This document shows positions 24,423 through 35,895 of a DNA stretch of 45,404 nt, one piece after another. The notes beneath the pieces are model-generated. The model was not told the origin of the DNA and did no database searches. It saw nothing but the letters and a program-made list of their open reading frames with translations. The stretch comes from Octopus bimaculoides (Eukaryota): the NCBI RefSeq assembly GCF_001194135.2, contig NC_068982.1, positions 82,482,577-82,527,980 on the forward strand, given 5' to 3'. Within the stretch, counting starts at the first letter, position 1. The number at the start of each line of letters is the position of its first letter. The position numbers and the translations under genes were made by a program.

Positions 24423-25258
24423 AAAACAACTAGTTTTAAATTTCTGAGTAAGAAATATGCAGTAACAGTACCGAACAGTAAAGTTTATTTGCCAACAAAA
24501 TGTGGCAGTCCTATACAGAACGATGCTACTGCTGTTTAGCCCCAGGAAAACATCTTTTCCAACTGGCTACTGACACACAGTTTGTGTCCGTATAGCATGA
24601 GCAAGAGAGTTTATCGCTCCCATCTCTAGCCTTCGTGATACTCACAGACCTAGGTTTCTGGGTTGTTTCTCGCCTTTGGTGCGAAATAATCACAGGCTAG
24701 TGATGGGGGCTTACTCGACTTGCTCATGCTATATACTTTTAAGCGACACACAGTCACTGATCTCGTAAAGAGAAAAACAAGTTTTATATTTCTGAACGAG
24801 AAATATACAGTAACAGTACCGAACAGTAAAGTTTATTTGCCAACAGAAAGTGGCAGTCTTATACAGGACGATGCTACTGTTGTTTAGCCCCAGGAAAACA
24901 TCTTTTCCAGCTGGCTGCCGATACACAGTTTGTGCCCGTACAACATGAGCACACAAACTAGCCAGCTGGAAAAGATATTTTCCCGGGACTAAACAGCAGT
25001 AGCATCGTCCTGTATAGGACTGTCACATTCTGTTGGCAAATAAACTTTACTCTTCGGTACTGTTACTGCATATCTCTCACTCAGAAATTTAAAACTTGTT
25101 TTTCTCTTTACGAGATCAGCGACAGTGTGTCGCTTAAAAAGTATACGGACACAAAGTGTGTCAGTATCCAGCTAGAGAAGATGTTTTCCTGGGGCTAAAC
25201 AGCAGTGACATTATCCTGTATAGGAATTCCACATTCTGCTGGCAAATAAATTTTACTG
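24423..25258. repeat. Foldback array of ~200-bp units: two plus units, then two minus units
   Basis: Units at 24423-24592 and 24734-24940 (plus), 24951-25145 and 25141-25258 (minus), sharing cagtaacagtaccgaacagtaaagtttatttgccaac...gccccaggaaaacatcttttcc. Confidence 0.85.
24593..24731. mobile_element. 139-bp MITE with 13-bp perfect TIRs and TA duplication
   Basis: tagcatgagcaag...cttgctcatgcta with a further internal inverted repeat; the empty site gtccgTAtactttt is visible (reverse complement) at ~25135-25150. Confidence 0.75.
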
Positions 25259-25271
25259 CCAACAATAATAA

Positions 25272-25412
25272 TCCTTTCTACTAAAGGCACAAGGACTGAA
25301 ATTTTTTGGGAGGAGGTAAGTTAATTTCATCGACCCCATTCTCAAATGGTACTTAATTTATCGACCCTGAAAGGATGAAAGGTAAAAATCAACCTCGGCC
25401 AAATTTGAACTC
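25272..25412 (-). mobile_element. SINE family B fragment
   Basis: Core atcgaccctgaaaggatgaaagg and B box aaatttgaactc on the reverse strand. Confidence 0.8.
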
Positions 25413-25434
25413 AATAACAACAACAACAACAATA

Positions 25435-25462
<28 letters not shown>

Positions 25463-25465
<3 letters not shown>

Positions 25466-25670
25466 CAAATTTTGGCTCAAGGCCAGCAAGTTTGAGGTAG
25501 AGAGTAAGGCGATTACATCGACGCCACTGCTCAATTAGTACTTATTTAATCGACCCCGAAAGGAAGAAAGGTAAAGTCGACTTCGGGCGGAATTTAAACT
25601 CAGAACGTAGAGGCGGAGGAAATACCGCTAAGCATTATGCCCGGCACGCTAACAATTCTACCAGCTCACC
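25463..25670 (-). mobile_element. SINE family B, near full length
   Basis: Head-to-tail homology with 17085-17285 and 29256-29463. Confidence 0.85.
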
Positions 25671-25673
25671 AAT

Positions 25674-25739
<66 letters not shown>

Positions 25740-25899
25740 GCTGATGTGTGATAGTGGTAATGGCGTTTATCACTACATCCCAGCGACACTCTCACCTTTT
25801 TGATCTTCCGAAATCTCACAAAAAATCCCAATAAAAAGATCTATAACCAATCAATGAATTGTTTGTTGTGTGTGTTTCTTGGTGATATCAGCGACATTA

Positions 25900-26294
25900 A
25901 TTGTCATCGGCAAAATGTGGACGACTGGCGATTTAGCAACAACAACAGCGACGACGACAAGAACATTAACAACAACAACGACGATGACAAAGACAACAAC
26001 AACACTGAAAACAACAACACAACAACAATTTTTTAAAAGCCAACAACAACCAATCGTTCTATTAGAACTTTAAAGTACGGCAACTATTAATGCAAACACC
26101 ACTATCAATGCCTTCTTTGCTACCACTACTAACACCACCACTCCCACTACTACCAGAACTACTATTACTGCTACCACCTCACCACTATCACTTCCTCTCC
26201 CTCCATCAGTATTCATTAAAACATTCACCGTCATCATCACCACAGTTGTTGGCCTAACCAACAGCACCACCAACCCCTCTACCACTGTTGCTGT

Positions 26295-26341
<47 letters not shown>

Positions 26342-27010
26342 GTTCAGTCATGATCATCCTTGTTATCGTCTTCATCAGCAGCGGCACCACCAGCAGCAGT
26401 AGCAGCAGCAGTAGTAGTAGCAGTAGCAGCAGTAGTAGTAGCAGCAGTAGTAGTACAGTGACCACCACTATTACTAGACACTTTCTACCTAGTAGCACAA
26501 CCTGCTAGAAATAACAAGTAAATTTCCAACAGCTAATTCTGTACCACGCTAAAATAACAAGGACGCGAGATAATGTAATTCAATGGTTGGAATGTCGTTG
26601 ATTATAGACATAGTCTTGCAGAGCTATGTTAGAGATAACCACCACTACTACCAGTACCAACACCAACACCACCACCAGCGCATCAATCATTGGTGATGGT
26701 GGTGATGACGTTAATAACAACACCACACACACTATCACCATGACTATTACTATCACCATATCAATCATAAATACCACCGCCGTTAAGACCAGTATATCAA
26801 TCATAACCTCAGTGCCGCCATTGCCACCGCTAATATTAACATCACCAACCACACCGTTAGTATCATTTCCACTAACACAATTACTACCACCACATCAATC
26901 ATATCAGCCACCAGCTCCACCACTAGCACTACCACCGCCACTACTACCACGATTGCTACCATTACCCCTAACATTCTATTACCACTACTGCCACCACTAC
27001 CTCTTACTAC
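25900..27010. repeat. Low-complexity tract of mixed trinucleotide repeats (AAC/ACC/ACT/AGC/AGT)
   Basis: Read directly; translations are poly-T/N/V/L with no family signal. Confidence 0.85.
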
Positions 27011-27033
27011 ATTTCACCTTTTCTCTGGTATAG

Positions 27034-27267
27034 TGAGAGATAGTATAGTGACAAAGTTGAAAAAGCTGACGAGAAGTGTTTTCTACTCCAACCCCGCCAC
27101 CAGACATCATCAGTTTGATGAGGAAGGTGTGAATGTAGAAAGATGTGTCACTTTACAGCAAATAGGAATGATAGAAGAGAGTATCTTCTTTGGAACCGAA
27201 TCTTTAGTTTTCTTTAAGAATTGGCGCGAACACAAAACATATACCATACGTTCGTTAATTGTTTTAG
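27034..27267 (+). CDS. Candidate internal coding exon of unknown product (234 bp, phase 1-1)
   Basis: Pyrimidine tract + AG at 27032-27033, a non-repetitive open frame (ORF 27033-27374), and AG|GTAC at 27267/27268; a perfect CTG|GTAAGT donor also lies at 27430/27431. No family recognised. Confidence 0.25.
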
Positions 27268-27563
27268 GTACCTATATAGTCGCCAGCAGAGACAGACACC
27301 TTCTCGATCCAGTAGAACATCTAGATTGCGTCTTGCAACTACACAAACATCGAGAACAACTCGCTAATGTATAGTGCAATTGATCAGGTCGTATTGAATT
27401 GCAAGTGACAGCTAAACGCCGGGCGTTCTGGTAAGTCACAACAGGGACGATGTTTGTTTTCTTCGTCTATGAACAGATTCTCTCTCCCTCTCCCACCTCT
27501 CTGTCACTCTCTCGAAAAGAAATCATACCTTTCAGCGAAGTAGATAGGTTAATTACAATATAT

Positions 27564-27673
27564 ATGAAAGACAAAGTCGACCCCGAAGGAATTTGGACTC
27601 AAAATGTACAAACACTAGAAATGCCGATAGGTATTTTGCCCGGCGTGCTAACGTTTCTGCCAGTTTGCCGCCT
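27564..27673 (-). mobile_element. SINE family B 5' part
   Basis: Reverse strand ggcggcaaactggcagaaacgttagcacgccgggcaaaatacc...gagtccaaattcc...gtcgactttg. Confidence 0.8.
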
Positions 27674-27851
27674 TACGTACCTATGCCCATATTAACAGAC
27701 ATACATATACGGAGGTGTGGAAGCAAGGGTCATAAGCATGTGTTCATGTCTGCGTACAAATGTATTTGTGTGAGTTCATGTCTGTTAGTTTCAGGATCAA
27801 AGTATTGAAAAGATTTTTCTCCTCGAAGTGTACTTTTAATACTATAGCTTC

Positions 27852-27933
<82 letters not shown>

Positions 27934-29255
27934 GTCTTTCTTTCTTTGTTTCTTTCTCTCTTTCTCTATCATTTTCTCTCTCTATCTTTCTCTCTCTCTA
28001 TCTTTCTCTCTCTCCCTCCCCTCTCTTTCTCTTTCTCAGCCATTTTCTCCTCAAAACGTTTAGTATTGCAATTGTCCCAATTGCAGTAAATTTGAATTAT
28101 TTTTACAAATATCATTTAATACGCGCATTGCACTCTACGATACACGCCAAAATATTATTATATACAAGTTTCCCCTTTGGACATTTTTAATCTTTTATAC
28201 GATTCAGCCACTAGATTGTGGCCGTGCTGGGGCACATGCCTTAAAGCCAATCAATTTGACCCAGCATCTAATCGTACATCATACATACATACATACATAC
28301 ATATGTGTGTGTGTATTTATGCATGGTGTGCGTGCGTGTGTATAGATAAAGAAATTGATAGATGATTATATGCATACACGCACGCGCGGGCACACACATA
28401 CATACACACACATATATATATACATTTATTGGTGTGCCATATTTAACGTATGTACATCATCTGAAAGCACGATGTTGTCTTTTTTAACTGAGATAAAGCC
28501 TCTTCATAGACATATTGTGTTAAAAGCACAATATATATCTGTGAGATGAACATTACCAAATAGTTGTATCTACTTCGACAATTTTAGAGTTTTTCTTGAC
28601 AATCCTGCAATTCCAAAAATAAACCAGACAGATGCCAGTTGTAGACAACTTCTGTACTGAGCTGGTGCAAGATGGATCAATTTTCAATTTTTTCTTCTTT
28701 TCCAACATAACATGTATTTTAAAGAATAACCCATACGATTATATTTGTTCTTGAAATTTTGCCAGAATTCTTAAGATTGTGCTTTCCCCCTTCCCCCTCT
28801 CTCCACACACACACCACACACACACACATATACCTTCCTAACTTCCTCTATTTTCTACAACTTAAAAAAAATGTTGTTTGAACCTAGCTTTTAAATTTGT
28901 ATTTGCTACCCAATAAATCTCCATAGGGTCTTGTGTATCTTCCATACAAATAAGATAACCAAATCAACGGAAATAATTTATTATTATTCATGATTCTGTA
29001 TTTGGCATATCTGTTCTGTTCAGAGCTTCGGTATTTATAGTGTGTAACTGCCAGTGAATGCAAAGATTCTGTCATAGAAATCTTTGGTGAACCATTCCAG
29101 TAATTTGGTCTGGTGTTTATGGATATCTCATAATTCACTTGTTTACAAAAGAACTTTCTAAATGTGCGCTTTATATACGGAACTTTTCTACGACTGATGC
29201 TTTTCTACGCTTGAAAACAATCATGGTGCCATATCAATAATTATAACATAAGGTT

Positions 29256-29463
29256 AGGTAGTGAGCTGACAGAATCGTAACAGCGTTGGGCAAAATACTT
29301 AGCGCTATTTCTTCCAGCTGTGCGTTCTGAGTTCAAATTCAGAGAGGTCAACTTTGCCTTTAGTCCTTTCGGGTCAATAACAAAAGTACCAGTTGAGTAC
29401 TGGGATCGATGTAATCGACTTGGCTCCACCCCAAATTGATGGCTTTGTATTAATATTTGAAAC
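29256..29463 (+). mobile_element. SINE family B, near full length
   Basis: gagctgacagaatcgtaacag head, gagttcaaattc B box, ctttgcctttagtcctttcgggtcaataa core. Confidence 0.85.
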
Positions 29464-29593
29464 GAATAATCAGAAGATATTTCATTATAAAGGGTACCAC
29501 CTACTGTAAGTGTATTAAAAATTGACGCCAAAATCCCGATTGCACTTGTATATACACATCCAGCTCTATACATGCGCGCGCACGCAAACACAC

Positions 29594-29628
<35 letters not shown>

Positions 29629-29848
29629 TCTGTATAATTATATGTAAATTTGAGATCCAAGGATCAAGGTGTAGAAAGTTAGTAAACATCGAGCAGTCCG
29701 TAGAAGGCATAAAAAATAACTTTCAGGAATAATAGTGGTTTATTAATGTAGAAGGTTGTAAATTTTTTCCATATCGAACTTCTATAAGCTGAAAAAAGGT
29801 ATTTAATAGTTCATGGTTACCAACTGGGGTTGATGTGAATGCGAATAG

Positions 29849-30101
29849 AAATCCAAATTTAGGGAATGAACTAGGCAAAATCAGGCTACATATTTTCTAG
29901 CTAACAGATCCTCGGAACTAGTAATTACTCGATGAGGATTACTTCACTATCTACTCATCAAGCCAAATGGAGTTTACAATGGAGGTTACATTGTTATCAA
30001 AGGATCCCACGTTAATTCGCAGAAGATGAGATCGAGGTTCTGCTAACTAGCAAACATATATAGCCTGGATTTTACCCACTCCATTCCCTAAATATGGATT
30101 T
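29849..30101. repeat. Old MITE-like inverted repeat (~65-bp arms)
   Basis: 29849-29914 pairs imperfectly with 30033-30101 (aaatccaaatttagggaatg...cctcg / cgagg...cattccctaaatatggattt). Confidence 0.6.
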
Positions 30102-30372
30102 ACATATATGCCTATTTTAATTTAAATTGCATTATATATATAACCAGTAATTACAAATCCATGTCCAGCCTTGTTGATACCGTAACTCCTTCTGATGTCT
30201 GTTATAAATCGTCAATGTTATTAACGTGTGTTATGCAAAGTGATGATTTGATAATATAACACGCTTATAAGGTTTGTCCATATTATCGTTAATGAACTGC
30301 ATGAAAGACGACGTAAGTAAATAATTTATAAAAAACACTCTCAGCTTTTGTTTCTTTACTCTCTATAGGAAG

Positions 30373-30692
30373 CTTTTATCTTTTACTTGTTTCAATCATT
30401 GAAGTGTTTTATTCGAACGAACACTGCACTACGCTACGTTACGGAAACGTAAACAAAGCAACACCAGTTGTCAGGCGGTGTTGGGGGCAAAATGCAAATA
30501 CAGATACGCACATATATGTATCTATACACAACGGGCTTTCATTTTCCGTCTACTAAATCCTTTCACAAAGCTTTGGTCAGCCCGGGGCTGTATTAGAAGA
30601 CATCTGCTGAAAGGTGCTACGCAATGGGACTGAACCTGGAACCACGTGGTGGGGAAGTAAACTTCTTATCACACAGCCATAGCCTGCACCTG
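30373..30692 (-). mobile_element. SINE family A, near full length with internal deletion
   Basis: Head aggtgcaggctatggctgtgtgataag (A box), ggttccaggttcagtccc (B box), CORE-like segment, tail ending aaacaagtaaaagataaaag. Confidence 0.85.
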
Positions 30693-30815
30693 TACTTATA
30701 TACATACATATGTTTGTGTGTGAGTGTGCGTGCGTGCGCGTAAGTGCGTGCATGTGGGAAATCATATACATTTAAAAATATGCTTGTCATAATGTATATG
30801 TGTGTATATAGATGC

Positions 30816-30861
<46 letters not shown>

Positions 30862-31450
30862 NNNNNNNNNNNNNNNNNNNNNNNNNNNNNNNNNNNNNNN
30901 NNNNNNNNNNNNNNNNNNNNNNNNNNNNNNNNNNNNNNNNNNNNNNNNNNNNNNNNNNNNNNNNNNNNNNNNNNNNNNNNNNNNNNNNNNNNNNNNNNNN
31001 NNNNNNNNNNNNNNNNNNNNNNNNNNNNNNNNNNNNNNNNNNNNNNNNNNNNNNNNNNNNNNNNNNNNNNNNNNNNNNNNNNNNNNNNNNNNNNNNNNNN
31101 NNNNNNNNNNNNNNNNNNNNNNNNNNNNNNNNNNNNNNNNNNNNNNNNNNNNNNNNNNNNNNNNNNNNNNNNNNNNNNNNNNNNNNNNNNNNNNNNNNNN
31201 NNNNNNNNNNNNNNNNNNTCATAAATATACAGAGAAGCAACTCAAGCTAATCCCTGTATATTTATGATTATATATACTTAGATACAGAAAATAAGGGAAG
31301 GGAATCGTCAATTAGTAATAGAATTAATAATTAACAATTTTGCCAACTAGTTCAGTATGAAAAAACCTTTATCGGTAAAATCATTTATAATCATAAATAT
31401 ACAGAGAAGCAACTCAAGCTAATCCCTGTATATTTATGATTATATATACT

Positions 31451-31506
<56 letters not shown>

Positions 31507-33144
31507 TAGAGAGAGAGAGAGATGGCTGGCTGGCTGGATAGATGGATGGATGGAAAGATAGATAGATAGATACATACATACATATATACATACATGCATA
31601 CATACATACATACATACATACATACATACATACATACATACATACATACATACAGATAGACAGACAGACAAACATATATAAATACGTACACATTAGTCAT
31701 TTTTGTTATTATAATTTGGTGTCGCTGTGTTGCCTTATTACTGTAGGAAGCCATGCAATAATTAATTTCTAGATTAATATAATCCTTAAAATTAACTTGA
31801 TTCATTCCGTTTCCGTAAGTGAACGATAATTAAATCATTCTCTCCCCACTCTGTATGTGTTTGTGGGTGTGGGGTGTGTGGGTGGGGGTGTAGATGTACA
31901 TGTATATGTATGCATGTATGTATGTATGTATGTATGTATGTATGTATGTATGTATGTATGTGTGTGTGTGCATGTTTGTATGTGTTTCTAATACATAAAT
32001 AAGTAAATAAAAGACTAATTTCCGTTTTTAAGTAGAAAAAATATAAAATGGCTGAAAAATGAGCGGAAAATATGGATTCAGTTTGGGGATTTGACAAAGA
32101 AAATGCGAGCCGCTGATTTTATTACTGAACTCCTAATTAGAAAATTTAGTCGTAACTCTTTCAATATGGTTCATAGAATAATTAACATACTGTTTTTTCA
32201 GCATTTTTTATTACGCTTGCAAACTGCCCACAATGCGAAATGATGGATGAATTTTTTCTAAGATATATTATTGTGTCCATTAAGAAGGCAACAAATGTCA
32301 GTTTATATATTTTGTAGCTTATATACTCGGTTAAAAAAAACACGATGGATTCTCTAGTGAAAAATATTTGCGTTTCATCTGACACTACCATCATATCTTA
32401 ATACCCACATTATTCCTTGAAAGCATTAACGAAGTCTTTAAATCTGTCAAGAGTGAAATAGATTTGTTCAGTGTATATTACTGGTATTTCATTAACTAAT
32501 TCTGGAGTGTTAATTAGAAGTTGACCCTCACGAGATTTGAACTTCTAATAGACACGAAACTAAACTATTGAAACAACATTAAATGAAAATATCCATCTAG
32601 ATATACTTAAAGCGTGAAAACAGTTATCAGGCATGATGTTGTAGTTATTGTCCGAGAGAAAATCCGTTCATAGACATGTTATTTTAAAAAGATAATAGAT
32701 ATATTGAAGCGTTCCAGCTTCCTTGAAGTGAAGCAAGCTGAAACGCGTTTAACGTTTTCGTGGATCACAACTGGTGTTCGTCTCGTTCATTGACCAATAG
32801 AGGAACAATAGTTTTGACAGGCTTAAGAAAATCTAGCGTACCTTGGAAAGGCTTAGGAAAGATTTAATACATATTCTTAATTCTCACTGACTTACCATAC
32901 TATATTTCTTTGACATAATGCTCAATTTCGGTACCTGTTCATACATGTTTCACTGCAAATTTAATGAGAATCTGTCGTACATCAATACAATCTCTTGCCA
33001 AGCACCAATAGTCTTAACAAAAAAAAGCCGAAATGGTGTCAGTAAGACAATTTCGAATCTTCCATCGAATAAAAATATTTTCAACGCTGTGACCCTCTGT
33101 TATAACTAGACAGCATCATTAAAATGCCTGGCCCTAACACACGC

Positions 33145-33275
33145 ATGAAAGGACCGCCGAAAAATTTGGTTTGCCCCTTTGTCTCACTCAATGTGAACGC
33201 CTGCATAGGAAGAACCTTCCTAAGATTAATGGATAGGCCTTTTACGTCTCATAAGTGTTGTTCAGTTGTGCACCG
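33145..33275 (+). pseudogene. Possible heavily decayed Penelope-like ORF fragment
   Basis: KNLVCPFVSLNVNACIGRTFLRLMDRPF..HK resembles the PLE motif IIWFNPPYS.NV.TNIG..FL.LID.HF...HK, seen more clearly at ~39290-39390. Confidence 0.35.
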
Positions 33276-33580
33276 CGTGTCAAAAAGACGTTAGTGAATG
33301 TTCCTAAACCCTTCACAGAGGCAGAAGGCTCATGCAGAGTAAGTAATGAATACTCAGGAAATGCAATATTGAGGCCGTGATCTACGATGCAGAGGTGGTG
33401 TTGTCCAGCCACAGCAACACGCGCACGAACGCGCGCGGAAACGGAAAGGAGCTGGTCGTATATGTATGTATGTGTATGTGGGTGTGTCTTTGTGTCTGTC
33501 ACACCCTCTCATCACCACTTGACAATCGGTGTTGGTGTATTTACAACCCCGTAACTTAGAGATCGACAGAATAAGTACTA

Positions 33581-33773
33581 CAGTTCTATATTTAACAGAT
33601 GAGGAATTATGTACATTATTTGCATTATTTACATTTAACGGATATTTGTCCTCATCTTGTTTGTTGTTTACATAACGTTTCGGATGATATATCCTCCAGC
33701 CTTCATCAGGTGCCTTGGGGAGATTTCGAACCTGGGTTCTCATTCCTAAGGTATTTTATCGATATTGTTGTTG

Positions 33774-33844
<71 letters not shown>

Positions 33845-34013
33845 ATCACTGCTTGGAATCGAACTCGGAATCTTGCGGTTAGTAGCCCGCGCTCTTTACC
33901 ACTCCGCCATATAGCTAAGATGAAGGCTGGAGGGTATATCAGCCGAAGCGTTGTGTTAACAACAAACAAGATGAGGACAAATATCCGTCAAATGTAAATA
34001 ATGTAAATAATGT
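33581..34013 (-). mobile_element. tRNA-headed, hammerhead-bearing retroposon with inverted partial tail and 13-bp TSD
   Basis: Minus strand: A box TGGCGGAGTGG (33909-33899), B box GAGTTCGATTCC (33866-33855), (AAT)n, hammerhead (33712-33671), tail to ~33590. An inverted copy of hammerhead + tail lies at 33919-34013. Confidence 0.75.
33671..33712 (-). ncRNA. Minimal type I hammerhead ribozyme motif
   Basis: cac-CTGATGA-a-ggctg[gaggatatat]catcc-GAAAC-GTT-atg. The plus copy at 33919-33955 supplies the intact cagcc and gtg; stem III is the palindrome AACGTT. Confidence 0.65.
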
Positions 34014-35022
34014 AGAATAAGTACTAGGCTTAAGAAAATTACTGGGGACGATTTATTCGACTAAAAATCCTACAAGGTGGTGCCCTCGCATGACCACAGT
34101 CTAAGGAATGAAACAAGAATGAGGAAAGATAAAAGAAAATAACGTTAGAAGGCATGATACTGTGGAGGGCAAAAGGTTTTCATAAACTTGTGTTAAAAGC
34201 ACAATACATATCGGAAGGAAACGAGCATCGCTGCAGCAGTGACTCACGCGAACGACGGAAGAGTTCCGCTATGGTTGAGGCATGTCAATGCCATGCGTTG
34301 CATTGCCTAGCCTCAAGTAAAAGCGTGTCTATTGTTCCTGTGAATCGCAAGGGTGACTGTGTTCGTCTCGATCCGATAAATATTGTCACTTCCATTATAG
34401 CTTTGAAAAAATAACTGTTAAAATGGAACTGCACTCTTCAAAACTTGCACTAGAAATAAGCACACGGTAAAATATTACTACCTGCTTTTATAGCGAGTTG
34501 ATAGAGGTAGTTTCTCCCTCCCTTCTACTTTTTAGTTCATGCTATTGAAAATAAAAAAACAGTCATTATTTATGGGATGACCCAATATATATGTATATGT
34601 TTGAGCATACCGCTGTAAACCATTGTATCGAGTTGTGTCCCTTTTTGTTAAATATTACGAGGCTGAACTTATTACTTGGAATAAAACAATTGGGGCCTTA
34701 TAATAACGGAGATTAGAACTGTTGAAGGTTGTGCCAGAGCTCCAGTATGGTCGTAGTGTAATGACAGCTACCAGGGAAAGAATAAAAGATCAGGAACATG
34801 GCTTCTCTTAAATTGTATTGCTTGGAAGTTGACGTGAATAATGACTTCCACAGAGAATTGAATTTTCTTCTTCTTCTTCTTCTTCTTCTTCTTCTTCTTC
34901 TTCTTCTTCTTCTTCTTCTTCTTCTTCTTCTTCTTCTTCTTCTTCTTCNNNNNNNNNNNNNNNNNNNNNNNNNNNNNNNNNNNNNNNNNNNNNNNNNNNN
35001 NNNNNNNNNNNNNNNNNNNNNN

Positions 35023-35103
<81 letters not shown>

Positions 35104-35310
35104 AATAACTAACATGATTCTTTTATTAGCCATAGGGGCATAATGCCTGAAAAAGCTGAAGTCAGCAGACTTAACCAAAATAACATAATTCTTGCCACAG
35201 GTTAGCAGTACTGCCGAAACCATCACCACTAAATACAGTAACAACAACAACAACGACCACTATAACACCAACACGGCTACCTCCACAATCACCACTAACA
35301 CCACCGGTAA

Positions 35311-35425
<115 letters not shown>

Positions 35426-35834
35426 AGTAAAGACTGAACTGGCTGATTGGTGTTGGTTGAATTATTAGATGAGCAGAGGTGAAAGGTTATCCCAATCATA
35501 TTTCAAATCATTAAATGTCAATTTTGGGTGATTAAAGCCGAAGCTGTTTGAACCCAGGGGTCATGTGACGTTGTATTTTAAGCCTTTTAATATTAACCGG
35601 TAAAAATCTAATGAATATACATCCGCTGACGCCATATTTATACATGTGTATGTATGGGATAATTTCCGTATATACATATACATACACACACATATATACA
35701 TACATACATACATACATACAAAGATATATATATATATATATATGTGTGTGTGTATACATATCTATAAATATATATATATATATACATACATATATATATA
35801 TATATATACATATATATACACACATATATCTAAT

Positions 35835-35895
<61 letters not shown>

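Larger units (their letters stand above)
33481..34140 (+). mobile_element. SINE family A 3' tail split by a 433-bp insertion
   Basis: The tail runs 33481-33580 and resumes at 34014-34140; agaataagtacta is duplicated at 33568-33580 and 34014-34026. Confidence 0.85.

Noticed and set aside
24423-25258. CRISPR-like regularly repeated array
   Set aside because: Eukaryotic context, ~200-bp units with no unique spacers, and no cas genes.
27046-27112. CTGACGA and CTGATGA hammerhead-core heptamers
   Set aside because: No stem II or correctly placed GAAA and triplet on either strand.
31219-31284. Direct duplication of 31390-31456 as a biological tandem repeat
   Set aside because: Identical sequence immediately beside a gap is more simply explained by contig-end overlap.
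32896-32952. 57-bp minus-strand exon candidate (tttgcag|...atg|gtaagt)
   Set aside because: Stops in all three frames as an internal exon; only viable as a UTR or start exon, with no independent support.
33842-33912. Possible functional tRNA gene (anticodon loop ctactaa) on the minus strand
   Set aside because: A and B boxes are present, but the acceptor and T stems do not pair properly; it is the head of a retroposon.
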